Shown here one piece after another: positions 8,496 through 18,294 of a stretch of 64,000 bases of DNA. The notes beneath the pieces were generated by a model that worked only from the letters and a program-made list of their open reading frames with translations, searched no databases and was not told where the DNA came from. The stretch is taken from the NCBI GenBank assembly GCA_963708025.1, contig CAVPSB010000018.1:512001-576000 (forward strand), written 5' to 3'. Every line of letters begins with the position of its first letter. The stretch's first letter is position 1. The position numbers and the translations under genes were made by a program. Origin of the DNA: an uncultured Candidatus Rokubacteria bacterium (GTDB lineage Bacteria; Methylomirabilota; Methylomirabilia; Rokubacteriales; DASRDR01).

Positions 8496-10487
8496 TCAGA
8501 TGGACAGTGCGGCGCGATGCCCTTCGAGAACGGCATGTGATATCCGGCGCGGCGCGACGCAATCCCCGACGGCATACAACTCCGGCACGATCCCGGCGAG
8601 CGTCCGCGTCAGGCTGTCGTCGGGCCGCTTCTCCCCACACCACACCACGAGATCGGCCTCGATCTGCCGCTCTCTCAGCGAATGATGCGCGTTCACCCAG
8701 ACGGGGTCGTACACACTGACCCACCCTCGCGCAACGGCCGACACCGCGGTCATCGGGCTCAGGGTCACGTTGTGGCGTCGAAGCCTGCTGTAGAGCGGGC
8801 CCAGGCTCTCAGGCGGAATGGCCGCTCCGATCTGGCGTGCGGGTGTCACGATCGTGACCGTGATTCCCAGCTCGGCCAGGGCTTCGGCCGCGTTACAGCT
8901 CTCCCACAGCCCCTCGCCCACGTCGACCACGACACAGGACCGCATGATCTCGACTCCGGTCTGCTGCCCGAGACGGGCTGAGCCGAGCCGGGCAAACAGG
9001 TCCCACACCGTGAGGATCCGGGCATCCTCCGAGGCCTCCACGTCGGGCCGGGCCGGGATCGCGCCGGTGGCGACCACGACCGCGTCGGGCTGGTCGTCTC
9101 TGATCTGGCCGAGGGTGGCCTCTACCCCGAGTCGCAGGTCGACCTTCAGGCGGCTCAGTTCCGCCACTCGAAAGCTCACCACGCCGTCCAGCCCCGCCCG
9201 GTGCGGCGCGGTCGCCGCGAGCCTCACCTGTCCGCCCGGGGCTGCCTCCCGTTCATACAGAATCACGGCGTGCCCGCGCTCCGCGGCGATCCGCGCGGCC
9301 TCGAGTCCGCCCGGGCCGGCGCCGATGACGACGACTCTCTTCCGTGTGGCCGCCGGCACCGGCCGATGCTCCAGCGTCAGCTCCCGTCCCGACGCGGGGT
9401 TGTGGAGGCACGAGATGCCCGTCTCGTAGCTCCGACAGTTCTGGATGCATCCCACGCAGGGGAGAATGGAAGCGAGACGTCCCTCGCGGGCCTTGAGCAC
9501 CCAATCGGGGTCGGCGATCAGGGCGCGCCCGAGCCCGATGAGATCGGCTTGCCCCGCCGCCAGGGCGCTCTCGGCTTCGGTCGGGTGCGTGATGCGTTGG
9601 GACGCAATGATCGGAATATCGACGGCGTCCCGGATCGCGGCGGCGTACCTCAGCGCCAGTCCGACCGGGTGAGACATGTCCTTCACGTAGCCTCCGCGGG
9701 TGCCGATCGCGACGGACAGATAGTCAACCTCGCCCGACTCGCGGAGGGCCCGGGCAATGGCGATGGCGTCATCCGGGGTGAGGCCGCCTTCGAGCTCCTC
9801 CGTCGCGCTCAGCCGGAATCCCAGAATGGAATCACGGGCGCCGCGCTGCCGGATCGCGCGGAGGACTTCCAGCGGGAAGCGCATTCGGTTCGCGAACGAG
9901 CCCCCGTACCCGTCGCGTCGCTGGTTGGTGAGAGGCGACATGAACTGGGCGACGAGATACCCATGAGCGCCATGGATCTCGATGCCGTCATACCCGGCGG
10001 TCAGCAGGTTCTCGGCCGACGCCGCGAATCCGTCTACCACTTCCGCGATCTCGTCGACGCTCATCTCGTGGGGGACCGTGGTGACGGTGGGCGAGCGAAC
10101 GGCCGAGGGCGCCCATGGCGGCGCCTCGGCGGTCCACAAGGACGTCGAGCATCCGCCCACGTGCACCAGCTGGCCGACGATCCTGGCCCCGGCCGCGTGC
10201 ACCGCGTCGGCGACCCGGGCGAATCCCGGGACACACTCCGACCGGAAGGCCTCCAGGAGGATGCGGCTCTGGGGCGTCGTCGTCGGATGAACGCCGGTTC
10301 CGCCCATGATGATGAGCCCGACGCCGCCCTGCGCCCGGCGCGCGAGGTAGGCGACGTCGCGTGGCGTCGGACAGCCGTCGTGCGTGAACGCGGTGCCCAT
10401 CGGGAGCATCACCACACGGTTGCGGAGCGTCACGCCCCGAAGCGTGATCGGGCTGAACAGCCTGGGAAACTCCGGGGGTGGGGACAT
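8496..10487 (-). CDS. NADH:flavin oxidoreductase, OYE/FadH-type with Fe-S and FAD/NAD domains
   Basis: LRNRVVMLPM, EIHGAHGYLVAQFMSP, Cys cluster CVGCIQNC...CLHNP, VIGAGPGGLEAA, AVGDCVAPR. Confidence 0.9.
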   Translation of the reverse strand: MSPPPEFPRLFSPITLRGVTLRNRVVMLPMGTAFTHDGCPTPRDVAYLARRAQGGVGLIIMGGTGVHPTTTPQSRILLEAFRSECVPGFARVADAVHAAGARIVGQLVHVGGCSTSLWTAEAPPWAPSAVRSPTVTTVPHEMSVDEIAEVVDGFAASAENLLTAGYDGIEIHGAHGYLVAQFMSPLTNQRRDGYGGSFANRMRFPLEVLRAIRQRGARDSILGFRLSATEELEGGLTPDDAIAIARALRESGEVDYLSVAIGTRGGYVKDMSHPVGLALRYAAAIRDAVDIPIIASQRITHPTEAESALAAGQADLIGLGRALIADPDWVLKAREGRLASILPCVGCIQNCRSYETGISCLHNPASGRELTLEHRPVPAATRKRVVVIGAGPGGLEAARIAAERGHAVILYEREAAPGGQVRLAATAPHRAGLDGVVSFRVAELSRLKVDLRLGVEATLGQIRDDQPDAVVVATGAIPARPDVEASEDARILTVWDLFARLGSARLGQQTGVEIMRSCVVVDVGEGLWESCNAAEALAELGITVTIVTPARQIGAAIPPESLGPLYSRLRRHNVTLSPMTAVSAVARGWVSVYDPVWVNAHHSLRERQIEADLVVWCGEKRPDDSLTRTLAGIVPELYAVGDCVAPRRISHAVLEGHRAALSI

Positions 10488-10583
10488 TCGACCCTCCGCC
10501 GGCAGGGAAAGCGGGACGCCTGGACTAATCGGACGCGCCGGCCGCGGGTCGCGGCGGCGCGACGGCGGGCGCCCGTCCTGCTC

Positions 10584-11780
10584 CTACCACTGCCCGTACG
10601 GATCGACGAAGCCGCCGACCAGCTTCCAGGCCCCCTTCTCGACCATGACCGGTTGGAGGGCCTTGACGCCCAGGTGGCTCGTCGCCGAGAACGTCACCGG
10701 GGGAAGGATCCGGGTCTCGAAGCTGCTCATGCCGTTCAGGGCGTTGACGAGGCCCTCGCGGGTGAGCGGGCCCGTCACGCGGCTCAGCGCATCGACGAAG
10801 ATCTTGGCCTGTGCCCAGGCGAACAGGGAGTTGAAGTCCGCCTTCGCACCGGGCGCGTGCTTCTTCAAAGCCTGGCGGTACTCCTCGACGGCCGGCAAAT
10901 CGGCCGTGGGCGGCACCGTCCAGGACATGCTCCGCAGCCCCTCGACGGCTTCACCACCCAGGGCCAAGAGGTCCAGCGAGACGCTCGGCGCATAGGTGTA
11001 CAGCGGGACCTTCACGCCCTGGCGGGCCAGTGCCTTCGCCAGCGCCACCGCCTCGTCGACGGGCTGGATCATGACAATGGCGTCCGGCTTGCCGTTGGCC
11101 ACCTGAAGCCCGATGGGAGCATAGTCCGAGGTGCCGAGCTTCACCGCCAGGAGCTTGACCGCGGCGCTCGCATTGACGGTGGCGGCGCCCGGGGCCACGC
11201 TCTTGGCGACCTTCTCGTACGCCGCCGGGTCGTTGTGCACCACGAGGATGTTCTTGGCCCCTTCCTTGGCGGCCCACCGCCCCAGAGCGCGCGCCTGATC
11301 CTCGTAGGCGACCATGACGCCAAAGAGGTACGGCCGAACCGGTTGATACCACTCCCGGAGGCCGCCGTACACGTTCACGATCGGGACCTTGACCTCGTCG
11401 AGCACATAGGAAAAGGTGGCCGCGGTTTGTGCCGTTCCGAAGGGGGCGACGATGGCAAAAACCTCGTCGCGCTCGATCAGCTTGCGCGCCGCGGCCACGG
11501 TCCTCTGCGGGTCCCGGCCGGCTTCTTCGATGACGAGCTCGATCTTCCGCCCGTTCACGCCGCCCCTGTCGTTGACCATTCCGTAGTGGGCCTCGAGCCC
11601 CGCCCGCAAGGCGCTGCCGTACACGGCGGCCGGGCCCTCCATCGGAAGCCAGGCGCCGATCTTGACCGACGTCCGCGTGACTCCGGGGCCATCCCGCTGT
11701 GTCGACACGGGCTGCGCGTGGCCGCTGGAGGCCATCACCAGCATCCCTGCCGCGAGCAATCCGGTCAGCAGCTTCCGCAT
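10584..11780 (-). CDS. Liv-type ABC transporter substrate-binding protein
   Basis: Signal peptide; KIGAWLPMEGP, GGVNGRKIELV; type I periplasmic binding fold. Confidence 0.9.
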   Translation of the reverse strand: MRKLLTGLLAAGMLVMASSGHAQPVSTQRDGPGVTRTSVKIGAWLPMEGPAAVYGSALRAGLEAHYGMVNDRGGVNGRKIELVIEEAGRDPQRTVAAARKLIERDEVFAIVAPFGTAQTAATFSYVLDEVKVPIVNVYGGLREWYQPVRPYLFGVMVAYEDQARALGRWAAKEGAKNILVVHNDPAAYEKVAKSVAPGAATVNASAAVKLLAVKLGTSDYAPIGLQVANGKPDAIVMIQPVDEAVALAKALARQGVKVPLYTYAPSVSLDLLALGGEAVEGLRSMSWTVPPTADLPAVEEYRQALKKHAPGAKADFNSLFAWAQAKIFVDALSRVTGPLTREGLVNALNGMSSFETRILPPVTFSATSHLGVKALQPVMVEKGAWKLVGGFVDPYGQW

Positions 11781-11852
11781 CGCCTCACCCCTCTCTTCCG
11801 TCTCCGAAGGCCGGCCGGCTCCCCGGCCGGGCCTCCCACACGGCCCGGAGGG

Positions 11853-11896
11853 GCCGACCGGCGGGTCGATTCTATGACCTTCCGGGATCCTGTCAA
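11853..11896 (-). promoter_or_regulatory. Sigma70 promoter (TTGACA-16-TAGAAT) with operator GCCGACCGGCGGGT
   Basis: -35 at 11896..11891, -10 at 11874..11869; 11850..11876 matches 2302..2328 at 24/27 nt. Confidence 0.75.
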
Positions 11897-12005
11897 GCGA
11901 GGTCCACGGGGACCGCCGAAGGGGAGAGGTCTCGTCGCCGGTCGCTCGTCCCTCGAAAGAGTACGGCGGACTCCCGACGGCAACACCCCCTGCGTCTGCC
12001 GCGAC

Positions 12006-12677
12006 CTACGAGGGGGACGTCGCAGGAGCGTCCACCGATGTCACGCCCTGGTGAGGGGCACCGGAAGGGACGATCACACCGTGCAGGAAGATGTCGCAGA
12101 AGTGATGCGCGATCTCCCGGATGCGCTTGGGGCCGTCCGCCCGATACCACTGGTAGCTCCAGTTGATCATGCCGAGGAAGGCGAGCGCGGTCAGCTTGAC
12201 GTCGCTCGTGTGGAACTCTTCCCTCTCCACTCCACGCCGAATGATCTCAAGGATCATCTCGAAGTACGCGTCGCGCTTGACCTTTATCGCCTCCCGCATC
12301 TCGCCGCTCAGCTCCCGGTAATGCTCGAAGAACGCTCGCACGTAGCCCGGGTACTCGGAGATCGTCTCGAGGATGTCGATCTGCATTTCCAGCAGCAGCT
12401 GGGCACTCGTCAGACGCATTTTCAGACGCTCTTGGTGTCGGCGCATCTGGCCGTCGATGAACTGCTCGTGAATCAAGTAGAGGATCTCTTCCTTGCTCTT
12501 GAAGTAGTGATACAGCGTCGGCTTGCGCAGGCCGATGGCCTCGGCGACTGCGTCCATCGTGGTATTGTGATAGCCGGTGACGTTGAACAGCGCGGCCGCG
12601 GCGCGGACGATCTCTTCCCGCCGAGGATCCGTCTTGCTGCCGTTCACGCTACGCGCCCCTCGTGTCTCTTGCGTCAC
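12006..12677 (-). CDS. TetR/AcrR family regulator (KstR2/PaaR-like C-terminal domain)
   Basis: HTH TTMDAVAEAIGLRKPTLYHYFKSKEEIL; C-terminal LGMINWSYQWYRADG. Confidence 0.92.
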   Translation of the reverse strand: MTQETRGARSVNGSKTDPRREEIVRAAAALFNVTGYHNTTMDAVAEAIGLRKPTLYHYFKSKEEILYLIHEQFIDGQMRRHQERLKMRLTSAQLLLEMQIDILETISEYPGYVRAFFEHYRELSGEMREAIKVKRDAYFEMILEIIRRGVEREEFHTSDVKLTALAFLGMINWSYQWYRADGPKRIREIAHHFCDIFLHGVIVPSGAPHQGVTSVDAPATSPS

Positions 12678-12685
12678 TCGAGTTG

Positions 12686-12733
12686 ACCGGCCAGTCGGGT
12701 GAGATCATACCGGCCGGCCGCGGTTGCGGTCAA
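12686..12733 (-). promoter_or_regulatory. tetR promoter (TTGACC-18-TATGAT) with operator ACCGGCCAGTCGGG
   Basis: -35 at 12733..12728, -10 at 12709..12704; operator 12686..12699 overlaps the predicted +1, consistent with autoregulation. Confidence 0.65.
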
Positions 12734-12813
12734 GCCCGCGTCCTCGGCATGCATGGTTTGGGGATCCGGTGGTTGCGCGGATGGGCCAGGGGCAGGCGAC
12801 CCGGGGCGCCCGG

Positions 12814-13614
12814 CTATCGAATCGGTCCGTCGGGTTCCGGCCGAGCAGCGAGACCGACTCCGGCCAGCCGGGCGCCGATGACCTGGTAGACCATGGGGTT
12901 GACCGCCATCCCCGTGTGGGTGCCCAGCACCTCGACGTCCGTCCCGGGGTCGTCATTGACGCAGACGCGCCAGTCGACGATCCCGTCCGCCTTCGTGTAG
13001 ACCGCCGTCTGCGGGATCGCCGCCGACAGGCGCGCTCTCAGCACGGACACGGTGTCGCACATGCAGGAGCCGGTGTAGCAGCCGGGCCGAACCCGGTGAC
13101 TCTGTTCGCGGACGATGCGGGTCCGGACGCGGTCGGCCGCGGACAGCGCCATCGGATGCGCGCTCCGAAGGCCACGAAACGGGGCGGCGAGGGCAATCAC
13201 GGAGGCGATTCGGTCCGGCCGGCGGGCGGCCACCGATCGGGCCAGCGCCCCACCGAGGCTGTGGCCGATCACGTGCACCTTGCGCAGGGCAGCGGCGTAC
13301 GCATGCTCGACCGTCTGAAGGAGGCGAGCGCCCATGATATCGAGACACTCGGCGTTCCGACCGATCTGGGACAGGTAGGGCCTGTACCCGATGCGCCCGA
13401 GCCACCCGTAGAGTTCGAGGAGGTAGCTGTCCGTCCCCAGGAACCCCGGCACGAGGACGACCGGGGAGCCGTCCCCGCGCGGCACGCCGACGCCGTAGTA
13501 CACCGGTGACCACCGGAGGGCCATCCACTCGAACCCGGCCATGAACTCGTGCCAGATGGGAACAAGCGCGGGGAGATCGTCGTCGCGATAGAACCCGGGC
13601 CGGCGTTCAGACAT
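12814..13614 (-). CDS. Alpha/beta hydrolase (lipase/esterase, PGAP1-like)
   Basis: PVVLVPGFLG oxyanion motif, GHSLGG nucleophile elbow, YTKADGIVDW, GTHTGM. Confidence 0.88.
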   Translation of the reverse strand: MSERRPGFYRDDDLPALVPIWHEFMAGFEWMALRWSPVYYGVGVPRGDGSPVVLVPGFLGTDSYLLELYGWLGRIGYRPYLSQIGRNAECLDIMGARLLQTVEHAYAAALRKVHVIGHSLGGALARSVAARRPDRIASVIALAAPFRGLRSAHPMALSAADRVRTRIVREQSHRVRPGCYTGSCMCDTVSVLRARLSAAIPQTAVYTKADGIVDWRVCVNDDPGTDVEVLGTHTGMAVNPMVYQVIGARLAGVGLAARPEPDGPIR

Positions 13615-13783
13615 GGGTCGCGGGCCCCTCGATGTCTCCCGGGCGAGCGCCGACCGAGGCCTTCGTGACCAGGCGCGGGGGAGGCGGCCCGACGAGGGGC
13701 GCCGGCGACCGGCTCTCGTTCAGCTCGCCGGCGACTGATGTCGAACCCGGTAGCAGCGTGGCGGTCATGGCGCTACGACTGCG

Positions 13784-13812
13784 AACATACGCCGCGAGCC
13801 CCCCGGTGTCAA
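13784..13812 (-). promoter_or_regulatory. Putative sigma70 promoter (TTGACA-17-TATGTT) for the lipase gene
   Basis: Consensus -35, 17-nt spacer, 5/6-type -10. Confidence 0.5.
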
Positions 13813-13901
13813 AAAGCCGGTACGCGGGCGGCGGCCGTCCGCCGTCCGACCGCGAACCCGACAGTCGCCGCGCCGGTGGCCTCGACCGCGGAGCAACGGG
13901 C

Positions 13902-15638
13902 TCATGGGATGACGGGCAGCAGCACGTGGGAGGCGTGATCGGCGTCGTGGAAGACCCGCTGGAGGGCGGGTTCCAGGCGCACCGCCTCCACCCCCAGCTC
14001 CCCGGTGTTCGGGTTACGGTCGTAGCGGGGGAAGTCGCTGGAGGTGATCAGGACCCGAAGTCGGTGCCCAGCTCGGAACACCTGGGACGTCGCCCACAGG
14101 TCGATCTCGTAGCGCTCGATGGCCTCCGGCTTCACCAGCGCCGGCGCCGTCCAGGACGCCCGGTACCGGGCCCGGAGGATACCGTCGCACACGTTGAGTG
14201 TCCGTCCGTCCGGATGGACGTCACAGAGCTTCACGACCCAGTCGGTATCCCGCGCACTCGTCGCCGCGTACAGGACGGCCTTGACCGGCCCCGTGACTTC
14301 GACATCCCGCTCGAGCCGCGCCGAGGTGTAGGCGAGAACGTCGCGCCGGCCCAGGATGGCCTTCTGATCCACGGGTCCCGGGGGATGGGTCCGTGGCAGA
14401 AGAAGGGTGCCGCCCCGGGTCGGGCACGGGTCGCGCGGGTCGTACACGTAGGCGTCGGGCGCCTCGCCGCTGGCCGGTGGCTCGGGACGGAGCATCCCGT
14501 CGGCCCCGAGATACCACGGCGTCGGCACGGCGCGCGGCAGCGGCCAGGCGGACTCGTCGCGCCAGCGATTGAGCCCCTGGACGAAGAGCTTGACGGGCGC
14601 CTCCTCGTCGATCCCCGTGGATCGTCCCTTGAGCCGCTGCTCGAACCACCGGAGGTGGAGCGCGGTGATGTCCTCTTTCAGATCGATCAGCAACCCGCTG
14701 GTCCGCAGGCCAAAATCCAGGTCGCCGACGACGTTGAGGAACGTCCCGTGGGCCCACGGCCCGATGACGATCCGCGTGCGCTGGCGCGCCTCCTCCGTGG
14801 CCGCGCTCTCCCGCATCTGCCCGAAGTGCGTCAGGTCCGCCCCGAGGAGCGCGTCGTGCCAGCCGGCCAGGATGAGTGCCGGAACCCGGATCTCATGGTG
14901 CCGCTCGTACACGCCGCGCGCCTTGTGATAGTCGTCCCGCGTCGGATGCCGCATCGCCTCGAAGAAATGCGGGAGCACGGACGGGTCCTCGGGCTGCGCC
15001 GCCGGGAGGGTCCGGGGGGGCAGGTGACGAACCCACCGTTCGTAGTCGTCGATGTCGTCAACCAGACGCACCAGTGACGGGACGAGTCCGGGCCCGCCCC
15101 ACCGGGCGCGGACGAGGGCGTTGAAGCCGATCGCCTGGAGGCACCACATCACGTGCGTGCCCCACAGGAAGGCTCCGCCCCGCCAGGTCAGGTCGATGAA
15201 ATAGTCGTTGGGCGCCGTCGTCGGGGCGATCGCCCGGAGGGACGGCGGTCCCGCGGCGGCGGCGTGCCAGGCGGTGGCACCCATGTACGACACCCCGTAC
15301 GCGCCGACCTGGCCGTCCGCGTAGGGAAGCTTCGCCGCCCACTCGACCGTGTCGTACCCGTCGGCGAACTCGTCCCGGTAGGGATCGAACACCCCGCCAG
15401 CCGACGCCCAGCGGCCACGCACGTCCTGGATCACCACCACGTAGCCAGCGGCGGCGGCGCGAACGGGGTCGAGCGTGAGATGGGTCAGGGGCCAGAGGCC
15501 CTTGCTGTAGGGCGTGCGAAGCAGGAGGACGGGATGGCGCCCATCGGCGGCGGGGCGGTACACGTCGGCGCGGAGGATAGTGCCGTCCCGCAGCTTGCAG
15601 GGCACGTCGGGCTCGACCAGGACCGGCATCCGATTCAT
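13902..15638 (-). CDS. CocE/NonD family serine hydrolase
   Basis: LRDGTILRADVYRP, RTPYSK, QDVRGRWAS, GVSYMG, GPWAHG, SSDFPRYDRNPNTG. Confidence 0.93.
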   Translation of the reverse strand: MNRMPVLVEPDVPCKLRDGTILRADVYRPAADGRHPVLLLRTPYSKGLWPLTHLTLDPVRAAAAGYVVVIQDVRGRWASAGGVFDPYRDEFADGYDTVEWAAKLPYADGQVGAYGVSYMGATAWHAAAAGPPSLRAIAPTTAPNDYFIDLTWRGGAFLWGTHVMWCLQAIGFNALVRARWGGPGLVPSLVRLVDDIDDYERWVRHLPPRTLPAAQPEDPSVLPHFFEAMRHPTRDDYHKARGVYERHHEIRVPALILAGWHDALLGADLTHFGQMRESAATEEARQRTRIVIGPWAHGTFLNVVGDLDFGLRTSGLLIDLKEDITALHLRWFEQRLKGRSTGIDEEAPVKLFVQGLNRWRDESAWPLPRAVPTPWYLGADGMLRPEPPASGEAPDAYVYDPRDPCPTRGGTLLLPRTHPPGPVDQKAILGRRDVLAYTSARLERDVEVTGPVKAVLYAATSARDTDWVVKLCDVHPDGRTLNVCDGILRARYRASWTAPALVKPEAIERYEIDLWATSQVFRAGHRLRVLITSSDFPRYDRNPNTGELGVEAVRLEPALQRVFHDADHASHVLLPVIP

Positions 15639-17527
15639 CCTCTTCGCAGCAGCGGGATGACATCACGAGCGAATCGAGCGGCATTCGTCTCGGCCGGGTC
15701 GGAGCCGACGTCCCGAACGCCCACGAGCAGGCGGTGAACTCCCACATTTAGCAACGGCCGGAGACGCTCGGCGCAGTATTCGGGAGGTCCGATGACGGCG
15801 AAGCGGTCGATGAAATCCGGATCCTGAACACCGTCCGGATAGAAGCGGACCTCTCCCGCCGACGCGCCCGGGGCAGGCGTCAGGTCGGGCCTCGAATGGA
15901 GCGTGTCCATGGCGTGGGCCGCCCGGCGGGTCTGGTCCTTGTCCTCCTCGGCCACGTCCCGAAGCGGCCGACCGAAGTACCCGGAGAAGCGCGAGTGGGT
16001 CATCACGAGGCCCTTGATTCGCTCTCGCGCCGCCGTGCGGTCGGGATCATCCGTCACGACCACCTGGACGTAGCTGCCGAACGTCATCGCATCGGGATCG
16101 AGCCCTGCCCTCGACCTCGCCGCGCGTGCCCGCTCGATGCACGCCACGAGGCGCTCCGCGTCCGCGCCGACAGAGAAGTCGATGCCGTCCGCCAGCCGCG
16201 CCCCGACCTCGGTCACCCGCGGCCCCGTTGCCGCGACGTATACGGGGGGCTTTGGCTGGTCGAGTGACGAATCGACGGCGAAGAGTCGTGTCATGCTGCT
16301 CGGAAACCCGTCCAGATCCACATCCTGTCGCCGCAGGTACCGCTGCACCCGCTCCACGTAGGCGGCGAAGGCGTCCACCGACACCGGCTTCTGCCCGAGC
16401 ATGAGCACGGCGCCGTCACCCCGTCCGATCGTGAAGCTCGCCCGCCCGCCGGAGACGGCCTGGACGCAGGCCATCGCCCCGGCGGCCCATTGGGGATGCC
16501 GGACCGGGACGAGCACGGCCGTGCCGAGCTTCAAGGTGGTCGTCGCCACCGCGGCCAGGGCCAGGCACACGTACGGGTCCGGACACACCGCGGCGGCTTC
16601 GGGGACGACCAGGCCGTCCCAGCCCATCGCCTCGAGCTCCGAGGCGATTCGCCCCATCTCCGTCAGGGGGACCGGCGCCGTGCCCTGGCGGTAGAACTCG
16701 ACTGCCATCACCATTCCTGTCTTCTGCGCGTCATGGGCGCTCGACAACGGCATGGCCGCACCACGTGGACGGTCGGCCGTTCGCCCATCGGCTTCAGCGA
16801 TCCGGCCGGCACCTCCCGTCCGCGGGGCGGCTTCGAAGTGCGCCTGGTAGGCGCGCTCGAGCTCGACCAGGCTCTGGGCCTCCCCGACGACGCTGCCGCG
16901 GAAGATGATGTACCCGCGATCCATCTGGGCGGGCAGGATCCGGGTGGTCGGTTCGGCGATGAGGATGCTCTTCCCTTGCTCCCGCATCTGGAGTAGCGCA
17001 TCGATGACGCTTCGGATGATGCTCGGCGCCAACCCCAGGGTCGGCTCGTCCAGCATCAGCACCGACGGGTCGCACATCAGGGCGCGGGCCAGGGCCAGCA
17101 TCTGCTGCTCGCCGCCGCTCAGGACCCCGGCCGGCGCCTTCTCGCGAGCGCGCAGGATCGGGAACCGATCCAGGGCCTCGCCGACGGCGCCGCGCCGAAT
17201 GCCGAACGCATCGGCCACCACCCGGAGGTTGTCCCGCACCGTCAGGTGCCTGAACAGCTGGCGCCCCTGGGGAACCAGAACCAGTCCGGCTTTGACCCGC
17301 GTGGTGGCGGTCATCCCCAGGAGCGACCGCCCGCCGAGGCTGATGTCCTGGGCCTCGGACGGCACGACCCCCTGGATCGCGTGGAGAAGAGACGACTTGC
17401 CGGCCCCGTTTGGACCCACCAGGGTCGTGAGCGATCCCGGGGCCACGGTCAGGCCGGCGCCGCGCACGGCCAGCGCCTTGCCGTAGCGGACGCTGATCCC
17501 TTGCGCGGCGAGCCCGGTGGACGGCAT
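15635..17527 (-). CDS. LivF-type ABC ATPase in frame with an LLM-class flavin/F420-dependent oxidoreductase (apparent fusion; LLM part 15635..16708)
   Basis: GPNGAGKS, LSGGEQQMLALARAL and LDEPTLGL, then ~40-aa linker, then DPYVCLALAAVATTTLKLGTAV...GRGDG...YVAATGPR. ATG 17527 overlaps the livG stop (TGATG). Confidence 0.8.
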   Translation of the reverse strand: MPSTGLAAQGISVRYGKALAVRGAGLTVAPGSLTTLVGPNGAGKSSLLHAIQGVVPSEAQDISLGGRSLLGMTATTRVKAGLVLVPQGRQLFRHLTVRDNLRVVADAFGIRRGAVGEALDRFPILRAREKAPAGVLSGGEQQMLALARALMCDPSVLMLDEPTLGLAPSIIRSVIDALLQMREQGKSILIAEPTTRILPAQMDRGYIIFRGSVVGEAQSLVELERAYQAHFEAAPRTGGAGRIAEADGRTADRPRGAAMPLSSAHDAQKTGMVMAVEFYRQGTAPVPLTEMGRIASELEAMGWDGLVVPEAAAVCPDPYVCLALAAVATTTLKLGTAVLVPVRHPQWAAGAMACVQAVSGGRASFTIGRGDGAVLMLGQKPVSVDAFAAYVERVQRYLRRQDVDLDGFPSSMTRLFAVDSSLDQPKPPVYVAATGPRVTEVGARLADGIDFSVGADAERLVACIERARAARSRAGLDPDAMTFGSYVQVVVTDDPDRTAARERIKGLVMTHSRFSGYFGRPLRDVAEEDKDQTRRAAHAMDTLHSRPDLTPAPGASAGEVRFYPDGVQDPDFIDRFAVIGPPEYCAERLRPLLNVGVHRLLVGVRDVGSDPAETNAARFARDVIPLLRRG

Positions 17528-18294
17528 CACGCCACGACTCCGACATACTCTTCGCGGAACGGCTGACTTCGGACGCACTCCTGGATGGAGCCGGAAAAGA
17601 CGACCTCGCCGCGGGCGAGCAGGATCACCCGGTGGACCAGCGCTTCCACGATGACGACGTTGTGGTCCACGACGACGACCGCCCGGCCGGCGGCGGCGAC
17701 ACGCCGCAGGGCTTGCGCGAGCATGTGCACGCCCTCGTCCTCGAGGCCGGGGAACGGCTCGTCCAGCAGCACGACTCGCGGCCGTTGAATCAACGCCCGG
17801 GCCACCTCGAGGAGTCGCAGCTCACCGAAAGAGAGAAGGCGGGCGGGGCGGTCGATGCCAGTCAGGCCGACCTCCTCGCACGCGCTGGCGACGAGCTCGC
17901 GCGGCGGCGTCCGGCCCGTGAACAGGGCACGCAGCGGGGCGCCGATCGCCTTCCAGGGGGACGCCAGCTCCTGCACGGCCAGGCCGACGGCGACGTTCTC
18001 GAACACGGTCATGTCGAGCGCGATCCTCGGGTGCTGGAACGTGCGGGCCAGTCCGAGGCGCGCGCGCCGGTGCGGAGGGCCCGTCAGGGGCGACCCGTAC
18101 AGGAGGATCTCGCCGGTATCGGCCGGCTGCTCGCCACCGATGAGGTCGAGGAGGGTCGTCTTGCCGGCGCCATTGGCGCCTATGAGTCCCAGGATGGCGC
18201 CGCCGGCCACGTCCCAGCTCACGTTGTTCACGGCCTGGACGCCGCCATAGCGCTTCGACACGCCCCGCACCTCGAGCGCAGGCCGCGCGCTCAT
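17527..18294 (-). CDS. LivG-type ABC transporter ATP-binding protein
   Basis: GANGAGKTT, ARTFQ, LSFGELRLLEVARAL, LLDEP; ATGA overlap with the permease stop. Confidence 0.9.
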   Translation of the reverse strand: MSARPALEVRGVSKRYGGVQAVNNVSWDVAGGAILGLIGANGAGKTTLLDLIGGEQPADTGEILLYGSPLTGPPHRRARLGLARTFQHPRIALDMTVFENVAVGLAVQELASPWKAIGAPLRALFTGRTPPRELVASACEEVGLTGIDRPARLLSFGELRLLEVARALIQRPRVVLLDEPFPGLEDEGVHMLAQALRRVAAAGRAVVVVDHNVVIVEALVHRVILLARGEVVFSGSIQECVRSQPFREEYVGVVA

